Positions 54,999-63,457 of a stretch of DNA of 64,000 nucleotides are shown here, in pieces. The stretch covers positions 7-64,006 of the forward strand of contig JAAYQZ010000032.1 of assembly GCA_012519025.1 (NCBI GenBank), written 5' to 3'. Below the pieces are notes generated by a model, which made no database searches, was not told the DNA's origin, and worked only from the letters and a program-made list of their open reading frames with translations. Source of the DNA: Bacillota bacterium. Lineage in GTDB: Bacteria; Bacillota; Limnochordia; DTU087. The position numbers and the translations under genes are program-made. The first letter of the stretch is position 1; every line of letters starts with the position of its first letter.

Positions 54999-56918
54999 AT
55001 GAAACGTATAGTCATTTTAGGAGCGGGATATGGGGGTGTGGCCGCGGCCTTGCGGCTGCAGAAGCGGCTGCGTCGGTCCAGGGATATAGATATCATGCTG
55101 ATTGACCGCAACCATTTTCACACTTTACTTACAGAAGTACATGAGGTGGCCGGAAACCGGGTTAAGGAAGATGCTGTTGTAGTGCCTTTAGAGCGGATTT
55201 TTCAGTATACGAAAGTTAAAGTGGTTGTCGATGAAGTGAAAACAGTAGATTTCGAAAGCCACACTGTACAGGCCGTCGGGGGCGACTACCCGTATGACTA
55301 TCTTATTGTCAGTATGGGGGGCAAACCCGCATTTTACGGTATTGATGGCATAGAGGAACATGCATTGACTTTATGGTCCTATGATGATGCCCTTAAAGTT
55401 AAGGGGCATATTCGTTCCATGTTCCGCAAAGCGGCCCGGGAGAAAAATCCAGGTCGCCGCAGAGAGTTGTTGACTTTTGTTGTCGGAGGCGGGGGATTTA
55501 CCGGTATTGAACTAGTCGGTGAACTGGCCCGTTGGCGCCAGGAACTTTGCCTGGAATTTGGTATAAATCGAACCGATGTACGGCTTATGGTTGTAGAGGC
55601 CGCCGACAAGTGTTTGACAGACTTAGACGATGATCTGGTGGCTAAGGCAACTGGACATTTGGACAGATTGGGGGTAGAGGTGTGGACCAACTCGCCGATT
55701 TCCAAGGTCACTCCCACCTCCATCGAGATCAACGGTGAGCAAATTATTGTTAGTCACACCCTGATTTGGACCGGAGGATACGAAGCCGCAGTTTGTCCGG
55801 CGGGGCTCAATCTACCTACCGCCGGGAGAAACCGGATTGTGGTGAACGAATATCTGCAAACACAGGTGCCCAACGTTTATGCCGTTGGTGACAACAGTCA
55901 CTTTGTGGGGGAAGACGGTCAACCGCTGCCTGCTTTAGTGGAACCGGCCTTACAGGGTGGCCAAGCTGCAGCTGATAATATCTTAGCCGAGCTGAGAGGC
56001 AAAGACAAAAAGCCTTATATTCCAAAACTGCATGGTGCTATGGTATCCGTGGGACGAGGTTATGGTGTGGCACATCTATTGGGCATAAGGCTCCATGGTG
56101 TGCTGGCTGTGTTTATGAAGCATCTGGTGAATTTGCACTACCTGTTCAACATCGGAGGATTTGAGCTTGCCTTCCGCTACCTTGCCCATGAATTTAAAGA
56201 TCAAAAGACCCGGGATTGGCATATTCTCAAACACCTTTGGGCAGAGTCACAGCTGTTTTGGTTGGTGCCACTGCGGCTGTATCTGGGATATATGTGGCTT
56301 AGATCCGGGATAGACAAGGTCAACTCAGGGTGGTTGAAAGAGATATTTATCAGTGGTGCAGCCAACGGAACCAGTGCTGCAACCGCGGGGGCTGCCAACG
56401 GTGCTTTAGATATATTGGAAACTGTAGGAACAACTGGGGCCTCTTTGGCAACTGCCGCAACAGAAACACTAAATTCAGCAGCAGCGTTGGTATCCGGTGC
56501 CGCGGAAATAGCGGCCACCACCGGAGCCACCCTTGGCGCTGATGGTACAAGTGGAGCAACAGTGATGCACCTTATAAGTGACCATACACCTAAGTGGTAC
56601 GCGTGGATTATAGAACATATAGTTGTGCCCAATGCCATGGTATTTCAGTATCTGGTTGTTTTTACTGAAATCCTTTTGGGGGCAGCCTTTATCTTAGGGT
56701 TGTTTACTTTCCTGGCCGCGGCAATATCAGTGGGGATGAATATTAATTTCCTTTTGTCTACTGGTCTACATGATTATTGGTTTTTGGCAGCATCAATCGC
56801 CATGATGGCAGGGGCTGGGCGTGCATTTGGATTGGACTACTATCTATATCCCTATCTGATGAGACAGTGGCGGTATATTGCACGCAATTGGCGTCCGAAG
56901 ATATTCCTTTTTAGGTAA
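54999..56918 (+). CDS. type II NADH dehydrogenase (NDH-2) fused to a C-terminal DoxX-like 4-TM domain with an Ala/Gly/Thr-rich inserted loop
   Basis: NDH-2 motifs IVILGAGYGGVAAA, VVGGGGFTGIELVGEL and VYAVGDN in aa 1-~400. A TM helix (FWLVPLRLYLGYMWL) follows, then a ~75-aa low-complexity loop, then three more TM helices and a basic C-terminus (RQWRYIARNWRPK). Confidence 0.85.
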   Translation: MKRIVILGAGYGGVAAALRLQKRLRRSRDIDIMLIDRNHFHTLLTEVHEVAGNRVKEDAVVVPLERIFQYTKVKVVVDEVKTVDFESHTVQAVGGDYPYDYLIVSMGGKPAFYGIDGIEEHALTLWSYDDALKVKGHIRSMFRKAAREKNPGRRRELLTFVVGGGGFTGIELVGELARWRQELCLEFGINRTDVRLMVVEAADKCLTDLDDDLVAKATGHLDRLGVEVWTNSPISKVTPTSIEINGEQIIVSHTLIWTGGYEAAVCPAGLNLPTAGRNRIVVNEYLQTQVPNVYAVGDNSHFVGEDGQPLPALVEPALQGGQAAADNILAELRGKDKKPYIPKLHGAMVSVGRGYGVAHLLGIRLHGVLAVFMKHLVNLHYLFNIGGFELAFRYLAHEFKDQKTRDWHILKHLWAESQLFWLVPLRLYLGYMWLRSGIDKVNSGWLKEIFISGAANGTSAATAGAANGALDILETVGTTGASLATAATETLNSAAALVSGAAEIAATTGATLGADGTSGATVMHLISDHTPKWYAWIIEHIVVPNAMVFQYLVVFTEILLGAAFILGLFTFLAAAISVGMNINFLLSTGLHDYWFLAASIAMMAGAGRAFGLDYYLYPYLMRQWRYIARNWRPKIFLFR

Positions 56919-56948
56919 GAATTACGACAAACACTGCTGAAAGTGGGG

Positions 56949-56975
56949 CCCGAGAGCTGTCTCTCGGGTCTTTTT
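56949..56975 (+). terminator. rho-independent terminator after the NDH-2 fusion gene
   Basis: CCCGAGAG-ctgt-CTCTCGGG perfect 8-bp stem followed by TCTTTTT. Confidence 0.85.
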
Positions 56976-57204
56976 ATGAACGATTTAAGTACACCGTCGA
57001 AGTGTATGCTAAAATATAAAAGAGGTTTCTTCATGCGGTCTAATCCGGTTTGTCCGCAAAGAGCCAGGCATTGGGGCCTCTGGGGTGGTATAGGGGGCAG
57101 GGATAGAGTGCAATTTGGCGAATAGGTTTTGAGAAGACGAGTTGGGGTATATAATTGATACATATTATGAAGCGCTTAGGTGCCTACTGGAAGAGGGGAA
57201 AAGC

Positions 57205-58254
57205 ATGGGACATACAATTGTGATACTTAAGGGTGATGAGACTGGTCAGGAGCTATTGGAAGAGGCCTTGCGTGTGTTGGCTGCCGATGTGCTCGGCCTT
57301 GATTTGAATTTCGAATATTTCGATCTCAGTTTGGCTAATCGACGGCAGACAAATAATAGAGTTGTACATGATGCTGCCAAAGCAATGGTAGATGCCGGTT
57401 ATGGGCTTAAAGCCGCCACCATTACCCCGGAAGGCCAAGGTGATGTGGGCAGCCCCAATGCTATCTTGCGCAGTGCCATTGATGGCCAGGTTATAGTCAG
57501 AACGGGTCGCAAACTGCCGGGAATAGCACCTTTAGGAAAGCTGGAGTCCCCGATCGCTGTAATCCGCATGGCCGTAGGTGATGCCTATGGCGCAAAAGAA
57601 TGGCGGGAGGGTGAAGGAGACTCGGAGCAGGCTTTTCGAACAGAGGCAATCTCACGCAAGGTTTGCCGATACGTGGCTGAATATGCATTTCGCCACGCCA
57701 AAGTCATGGGGGCGAAAGTTTTTGGTGGGCCCAAATATACCGTAAGCCCCGTGTATGAAGGGATGTTAAAAGAAGAAATGGATGCGGCTTCTAAGCGACA
57801 TCCTGAAGTTCCCTATGAGCCACAGCTGATTGATGCGACCTATGCTCTGCTTTGCAGAACCGATGGGGAGGGTCTGGTAATCCCGGCGCTTAATCGAGAT
57901 GGTGACTGTTTATCCGATTTAGTGCTGCAGATGTTTGGCTCTATCGCCGGAGCAGAGTCACTTTTGCTCAGTTTTAACAGCGACCTTTCTCCCCGGGTAG
58001 TCATGGCAGAGGCCCCCCACGGCACTGCCCCGGCATTGGAAGGCAAAAATATTGCCAATCCGTTGGCCATGATTCTAGCGGCAGCAGCGTTATTAAAGTC
58101 CTTTAGCGATGTCGAGGTGCAGTTAAAGGGCAAGGCTATAGAAGATGCGGCTGTAGATTGTCTGGAAGCCGGCGTACGAACAGCAGATCTAGGTGGAAAT
58201 GTCGGTACTGAAGAATTCACTTCCCAAGTAATTGCAAAGTTGGAAAGCAAATAA
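57205..58254 (+). CDS. isocitrate/isopropylmalate dehydrogenase family protein (short, divergent)
   Basis: IVILKGDETGQEL, KAATITPE and SPNAILRSAIDGQVIVR resemble the GDEMTR / KCATITP / SPNGTIRN blocks of NADP-IDH type enzymes. ATG 57205 lies 6 nt after GAGGGG. Confidence 0.65.
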   Translation: MGHTIVILKGDETGQELLEEALRVLAADVLGLDLNFEYFDLSLANRRQTNNRVVHDAAKAMVDAGYGLKAATITPEGQGDVGSPNAILRSAIDGQVIVRTGRKLPGIAPLGKLESPIAVIRMAVGDAYGAKEWREGEGDSEQAFRTEAISRKVCRYVAEYAFRHAKVMGAKVFGGPKYTVSPVYEGMLKEEMDAASKRHPEVPYEPQLIDATYALLCRTDGEGLVIPALNRDGDCLSDLVLQMFGSIAGAESLLLSFNSDLSPRVVMAEAPHGTAPALEGKNIANPLAMILAAAALLKSFSDVEVQLKGKAIEDAAVDCLEAGVRTADLGGNVGTEEFTSQVIAKLESK

Positions 58255-58276
58255 CAGCATGTGAGGAGGCAGACTG

Positions 58277-59797
58277 GTGGGATTGAGACTGACTCTTTTA
58301 GCACGGTTGGGGATTGTTTTACTTTGTATAGGGTTTCTAACAGCAAACAGCTCCTTTGTGTTCGCTTCGCCAAATTATGGTGGTCATTTGATTGTCGCGG
58401 TTCCCACGGATCCCGATACTTTTGATGCCCACAAGGCAGTGGCGGCGGCCACTAAAGAGATCGATTTTAACACTTACGAGGGTCTTGTCAGCTACAACAG
58501 TAAAGGCGAGATTATACCGGCATTGGCGGTGGACTGGGATATATCTGCAGATGGAACCGAATATATTTTCACTCTGCGGGAGGATGTATTCTTCCACAAC
58601 AACCGACTTATGACCGCTGAAGATGTTGTTTACAGCTTAAACCGCATTCGAGACGACTCGACGGGATATCCACTGACCTGGCATAAAAATATCGAACACT
58701 TGGAGATATTGGACACACAGCAGATCCGTTTGGTTTTGGCAGAACCCTATGCTCCTTTCCTAAGTGAGCTGGCAGATGCCGCGATCATACCAAGCGAGGC
58801 TGTAGAAACTTTAGGTGTAAAACCGATAGGCACAGGGCCGTTTAAATTTGTAGAATGGGCTATAGGGCAGCACATCAAATTGACGAAGTTTGAGAAGTAT
58901 TGGAAGGCGGAACTGCCTTATTTGGATGGTGTGACATTTAAGATTGTGCCCAATCCTGCAACAGCTATCTTAAATCTAAAAGCCGGGGCAGTACATGTGA
59001 TACCTAGGCTTTCTGCCGATGTTGCCTGGCAAGTTGAAGAGGATCCGGAATTTCGACTTTTGTCTGCGCCTATGAACACCCCACAGCTGATGGCCTACAA
59101 CCTGATGCGGGAGCCTTTCGATGATATTAGAGTGCGGCAGGCTATTAACTACGGCATTGATAAGGATTTGCTGATTGAAGGGGCAGCTTGGGGCTACGGC
59201 AGCAAGATTGGCAGCAACATGAGCCCTTCCATGGAAGCTTTTTACGTTGATTATGCCGATTATTACCCTTATGATCCTGATAAAGCAAGACAGCTGTTGA
59301 AAAACGCCGGTTACCCGCATGGATTTCAAAGCACTTTATCGCTGCCGGTGGATTATGATCTTCATGTAAAAGCCGGTGAGATGGCCGCAGCCATGTTGGC
59401 AGAGATCGGTATTGAATTAGAGTTAGAACTAGTTGAATGGGGCACTTGGCTTGAACGAATCTATACGAAGCGGGATTATGATCTTACCATAGTCGGCCTA
59501 GGCGGTAAACTGGATCCCCATACAATCTTAAACCGCTACACATCAGACTATTCCCGGAATTTCTTTAACTTTGCACATGAGGAGTATGATGCTTTAATAG
59601 AAGAGGGGTTCCTAGAGACAAATCCTTCTAAACGCGGTACAATTTACGCTCGCTGCCAAGAGATCTTGGCAGAGGAAGCGGCAGCTTTGTTCATTATGGA
59701 TCCAAATGATCTAGTCGCCATGGCTAAGGAGGTCAACGGCTGGCAGCACTATCCCAAGTATGTAGATGATTTGGCCCATGTTTATTTTGGGAAATAA
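58277..59797 (+). CDS. ABC transporter substrate-binding protein, family 5 (peptide/nickel/opine type)
   Basis: Signal peptide (LGIVLLCIGFLTANSSFVFA/SP), a size of ~500 aa, and typical SBP_bac_5 blocks (TGPFKFVEW, DLTIVG). Confidence 0.85.
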   Translation: MGLRLTLLARLGIVLLCIGFLTANSSFVFASPNYGGHLIVAVPTDPDTFDAHKAVAAATKEIDFNTYEGLVSYNSKGEIIPALAVDWDISADGTEYIFTLREDVFFHNNRLMTAEDVVYSLNRIRDDSTGYPLTWHKNIEHLEILDTQQIRLVLAEPYAPFLSELADAAIIPSEAVETLGVKPIGTGPFKFVEWAIGQHIKLTKFEKYWKAELPYLDGVTFKIVPNPATAILNLKAGAVHVIPRLSADVAWQVEEDPEFRLLSAPMNTPQLMAYNLMREPFDDIRVRQAINYGIDKDLLIEGAAWGYGSKIGSNMSPSMEAFYVDYADYYPYDPDKARQLLKNAGYPHGFQSTLSLPVDYDLHVKAGEMAAAMLAEIGIELELELVEWGTWLERIYTKRDYDLTIVGLGGKLDPHTILNRYTSDYSRNFFNFAHEEYDALIEEGFLETNPSKRGTIYARCQEILAEEAAALFIMDPNDLVAMAKEVNGWQHYPKYVDDLAHVYFGK

Positions 59798-59818
59798 ATC
59801 GGAATTTGGTGGTTCAAC

Positions 59819-60760
59819 TTGCAGTATCTCAGGCAGCGTGTTGCAGCGCTTTTATTCACACTATTTGTAGCTTGCGCCATAACCTTTGTCGTGTTTAATG
59901 TTATACCAGGTGATCCGGCTTTATTGATCATGGGCACGGAGGCAGATCCGGAGGTTTTAGATACCTTAAGGCAGACATTGGGCCTGGATCTGCCTTTGCA
60001 TCGTCAATTTTTCCGTTGGGTTAAAGCCGTAACCAAAGGTGATCTTGGGACATCTTTGCGTATGGGGCAACCGGTGGCAGCTTTAATTAAGGAGCGTTTA
60101 CCGGTTACTTTGAGCCTGGCAGCTTTGGCTATGGTTTTCACATTGGGGTTTTCCGTGATCGCGGGGGCTTATGCCGCGTCCCACCGCGGTCGGCCCATTG
60201 ATTTTTTGATCGTGATTATGTCTCAGATTGGTTTGGCAATACCTCATTTCTGGTTGGGAATTTTATTAATGCTTCTATTTTCACTGCGCTGGAAGCTGCT
60301 GCCGCCGGGCGGATTTGTACAGTGGCATACAGATCCCAGGCAGGCGTTTTTGTCCCTTTTACTGCCGGCTGTGGCTTTGGCTTCTCATCGTGTTGCCAGC
60401 CTTACTCGCATCACCAGAGCTGCAATGCTCGATATATTAAGCCAAGATTATATCAGGGCCAGCCGCAGCCGTGGAATATCCCATACAGTGGTAATTTACC
60501 AACATGCTTTGAAAAACAGCCTTGTGCCCATTATCACTGTGGCAGGCATGCAGTTTGCCGGTTTGCTGGCCGGCAGTGTCGTTGCAGAAGAGGTGTTTGC
60601 CTTGCCCGGTCTCGGCCGCTTGCTTTTGCAGGCGATTGGGTATCGTGATCTACCTTTGGTACAGGGGATTGCACTGTTTATGGCTGTCATGGTAGTGAGT
60701 GTGAATTTTATAACGGATATGCTGTACCTGCTGTTGGATCCCCGCATACGTTACGAATGA
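59819..60760 (+). CDS. ABC transporter permease (DppB/OppB-like)
   Basis: N-terminal LFTLFVACAITFVVFNVIPGDPA and an EAA-like loop (DYIRASRSRGIS). Six TM segments. Confidence 0.9.
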   Translation: MQYLRQRVAALLFTLFVACAITFVVFNVIPGDPALLIMGTEADPEVLDTLRQTLGLDLPLHRQFFRWVKAVTKGDLGTSLRMGQPVAALIKERLPVTLSLAALAMVFTLGFSVIAGAYAASHRGRPIDFLIVIMSQIGLAIPHFWLGILLMLLFSLRWKLLPPGGFVQWHTDPRQAFLSLLLPAVALASHRVASLTRITRAAMLDILSQDYIRASRSRGISHTVVIYQHALKNSLVPIITVAGMQFAGLLAGSVVAEEVFALPGLGRLLLQAIGYRDLPLVQGIALFMAVMVVSVNFITDMLYLLLDPRIRYE

Positions 60761-60786
60761 ACTAGGGATATGGGAAGAGGGGCATC

Positions 60787-61677
60787 ATGGCTGTAATCTG
60801 GCGGGAAAAGGAAATAGCTGCAAGGAGTCGAGCCAAGGAGCTGGCCGCACTGTTTAAGCCGCGCTGTCGAACCAGTATGACAGTTAGCGTCTGTTTGGGA
60901 ACATCGCTGCTTTTGATTGTATGTGCACTGGCCTTGATCAGTTATGTGAAGATCGGGCCTTCTCCAAATGTTATGGACGTGCGGGCACGGTTGATGGTAC
61001 CGAGCCGTGGGCACATTTTAGGCACAGATCACTTCGGCCGCGATCTGCTGGCAAGGACAGCCTATGGAGCCCGTATTGCCCTGCAGGTCGGGATTACCAG
61101 CACGCTTCTGGCGGCTTGTTTAGGTGTTGTTCTGGGCGGTTGGGCCGGCTACAAAGGCGGTCTGTGGGATGAGGGTATTATGCGGGCGGTTGATGGTTTG
61201 ATGGCTTTTCCGGGAATCCTGTTTGCCATCATGCTGGTGACAGTCTTGGGACCGGGGGTCTTCAATACTGCCCTGGCCATTGGGGCAGCCAACCTGCCGG
61301 TATTTGCCCGCATCACTAGAGGTGCGTTTTTAACAAACCGGACTGCTTTATATGTTGAGGCAGCCAGAGCCCTTGGCGCCAAACCCAGTCACATCGTTTG
61401 GCGCCACATCATGCCAAACAGCCTGGGACCTGTCATAGTGCAGGCCACCGTTACCTGCGCGACGGCAATTTTAACAGAGGCATCTTTGAGCTACTTGGGG
61501 TTGGGGATTCAGCCGCCCCACGCCAGCTGGGGCAGGATGCTTAAAGAAGCCCAACCCTTTATGGGTCGGGCGCCGTGGTTGGTTTTAGTTCCAGGACTTG
61601 CTGTGTTTATTACAGTCATTGGTCTCAATCTACTCGGTGATGGACTGCGTGATTGGCTTGATCCCAACAACAGTTAG
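60787..61677 (+). CDS. ABC transporter permease (DppC/OppC-like)
   Basis: GTDHFGRDLLAR motif, an EAA-like loop (YVEAARALGA) and a C-terminal LLGDGLRDWLDP. The true start may be an internal Met. Confidence 0.85.
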   Translation: MAVIWREKEIAARSRAKELAALFKPRCRTSMTVSVCLGTSLLLIVCALALISYVKIGPSPNVMDVRARLMVPSRGHILGTDHFGRDLLARTAYGARIALQVGITSTLLAACLGVVLGGWAGYKGGLWDEGIMRAVDGLMAFPGILFAIMLVTVLGPGVFNTALAIGAANLPVFARITRGAFLTNRTALYVEAARALGAKPSHIVWRHIMPNSLGPVIVQATVTCATAILTEASLSYLGLGIQPPHASWGRMLKEAQPFMGRAPWLVLVPGLAVFITVIGLNLLGDGLRDWLDPNNS

Positions 61678-61695
61678 ATAGTTTGGCTAAACCAT

Positions 61696-62718
61696 TTATT
61701 GGGTGGAAATGAGCAGCTTCACACACTTTCCCTTTGCTTGTTCAATCAATTGAAAGGCCTCACCGGCTCTGGCAAACTCCAAGCGATGGGTAATCAAAGG
61801 AGAACCATTGATCTGTCCTCCATGAAGCAGTTTTAAGGCCTCATGGTAATCATCTGTCGTGTACATCAGAGTGCCTAAAAGCCGAAGTTCCCTGTCTTGG
61901 ATAAGCCCCATGTCAACCATAATCGGCTGGCTGAATACACCGGCAATGACAATGGCTGTACCTTTGCGGTTTGACAAAATCGCCTCTTTAACAGTGGCCT
62001 CTATACCGACACATTCAAAGGATAAATCAATACCTTCTGAACCGAACTTTTCCTGCAGCCATCGGTTGGGAGCCGTTTTATTGGGGTCAATAGTATAATC
62101 GGCTCCAAGTTTTTCACCAAGTCTCCGCCGAAAAGCATCAGGTTCACTTAAGATAACTTCCTTGGCGCCGTATGCTTTTGCAACCATCATCACTAACAGG
62201 CCAATAGTTCCGCCTCCATACACCACTATTCGCTGATCCACAATGTCACCGGCTAGTTTTACGGCATGAACGGCAACAGCCAAAGGTTCAATTAAAGTGC
62301 CTGTTTCCCACGACATGTCATCAGGCAGGTGCAGAAGTTTATCTGCCGGCACTTTAACAAACTCAGCTAAAGCACCATCACTTTGACAGCCGATTACTTT
62401 GAGGTGCTCACAAATATTGAAGCGGCCTCGGCGACAGTTAGTACAGCGGCCGCAGACTAAAGACGGCAGGGCAGTAACCCTTTTTCCCAGCCAAGCTTCA
62501 TCGACACCCTCTCCAACCTCGGTCACGATACCGGCAAACTCATGACCCGGTACAATAGGACAGCTAATGTAGGGGTGTTCTCCATAGTAGGCGTGGATAT
62601 CTGAACCACAGATACCTACAGTTTTAACGGCAATCAGCACTTCCCCGGAACCCAAACGAGGTCGCGGTGCTTCTTCCTTGACGAGTTTTTGCGGCTCAAC
62701 CAAATTGTAGCGGAGCAT
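61696..62718 (-). CDS. zinc-dependent medium-chain alcohol/polyol dehydrogenase
   Basis: GICGSDIHAY, GHEFAGIV, a structural-zinc Cys cluster (CGRCTNCRRGRFNIC) and the Rossmann motif VYGGGTIGL. Confidence 0.85.
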   Translation of the reverse strand: MLRYNLVEPQKLVKEEAPRPRLGSGEVLIAVKTVGICGSDIHAYYGEHPYISCPIVPGHEFAGIVTEVGEGVDEAWLGKRVTALPSLVCGRCTNCRRGRFNICEHLKVIGCQSDGALAEFVKVPADKLLHLPDDMSWETGTLIEPLAVAVHAVKLAGDIVDQRIVVYGGGTIGLLVMMVAKAYGAKEVILSEPDAFRRRLGEKLGADYTIDPNKTAPNRWLQEKFGSEGIDLSFECVGIEATVKEAILSNRKGTAIVIAGVFSQPIMVDMGLIQDRELRLLGTLMYTTDDYHEALKLLHGGQINGSPLITHRLEFARAGEAFQLIEQAKGKCVKLLISTQ

Positions 62719-62729
62719 GTTAGACCCTC

Positions 62730-63419
62730 CTAGTATAGGCCGGCAGCTTGTCTTTGCTCGGCAATCCCCAACAGCTCTAAGTTATTAATCAAAAGCCGAA
62801 ATTCACAGCCTAAAAGCGCGGCAGCAGTCTTGCACATTTCCATCCGTTTTAGATAGATAGCGAAATAATCCATTATTTCACAGCTACTTTGATCAAAGTC
62901 GATCACCAAAGCAATGGAACAAGCCTCTTTGTTGATTTCCACTCGGGAGTCCAATATGGCAAGATTTACCCGGTCATGTATATCACTGGAGTTTTTTCGA
63001 TGTACCCTGGTTCTGTGAGCGTCGCTTTTATCGGCAATGATTAATGCTGCGGTGATGGGACTTACAGCATGTCCAATTTCCTCTTCATGGTTTGCAATGG
63101 CAATAGTGATATCACAGATTTCATCGAGCGGCATCCCCATTTGGCGCAATTCGGTGTATACGATGGAAGCACCGGTCACGCCGTGGTGTTTGCGGTTAAA
63201 CATGTTGCCGATGTCGTGGAGGTATCCGGCGATGGCACCCAACTCAACAGTTCGTTGGTCATAGCCCAATTCCCGTAAAATACGGGCTGTAGTCCTGGAA
63301 ACAAAGGTTACGTGCCGGAAGCCATGCTCCGTATAGCCGCGTTCTGTCAAATAGTCGTGGGCCCTTTTGATCATGAGCCGGAAGTTGGGATTATTGCGAA
63401 TATCTTCAAAGGTGATCAT
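62730..63419 (-). CDS. HD-domain phosphohydrolase
   Basis: The H...HD metal motif: HGFRHV ... GYLHDIGN ... IANHEEE. Confidence 0.7.
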   Translation of the reverse strand: MITFEDIRNNPNFRLMIKRAHDYLTERGYTEHGFRHVTFVSRTTARILRELGYDQRTVELGAIAGYLHDIGNMFNRKHHGVTGASIVYTELRQMGMPLDEICDITIAIANHEEEIGHAVSPITAALIIADKSDAHRTRVHRKNSSDIHDRVNLAILDSRVEINKEACSIALVIDFDQSSCEIMDYFAIYLKRMEMCKTAAALLGCEFRLLINNLELLGIAEQRQAAGLY

Positions 63420-63457
63420 GCGCTTGGCCTCCTTGAAATAAATCTAAAAACACAAAC

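Noticed and set aside
56330-56559. Alternative-frame ORFs (70 aa on the + strand, 69 aa on the - strand) within the NDH-2 loop region
   Set aside because: They are artefacts of the GC/GCN-rich low-complexity segment. The main frame is continuous with the flanking TM helices of the same protein.
57083-57090. GGGTGGTA string resembling the T-box core upstream of the IDH/IPMDH-family gene
   Set aside because: The match is partial (it lacks the ACCGCG continuation). I could not find a Stem I with a specifier loop or AG bulge, and no terminator/antiterminator pair is present. The leader is also too short for a T-box.
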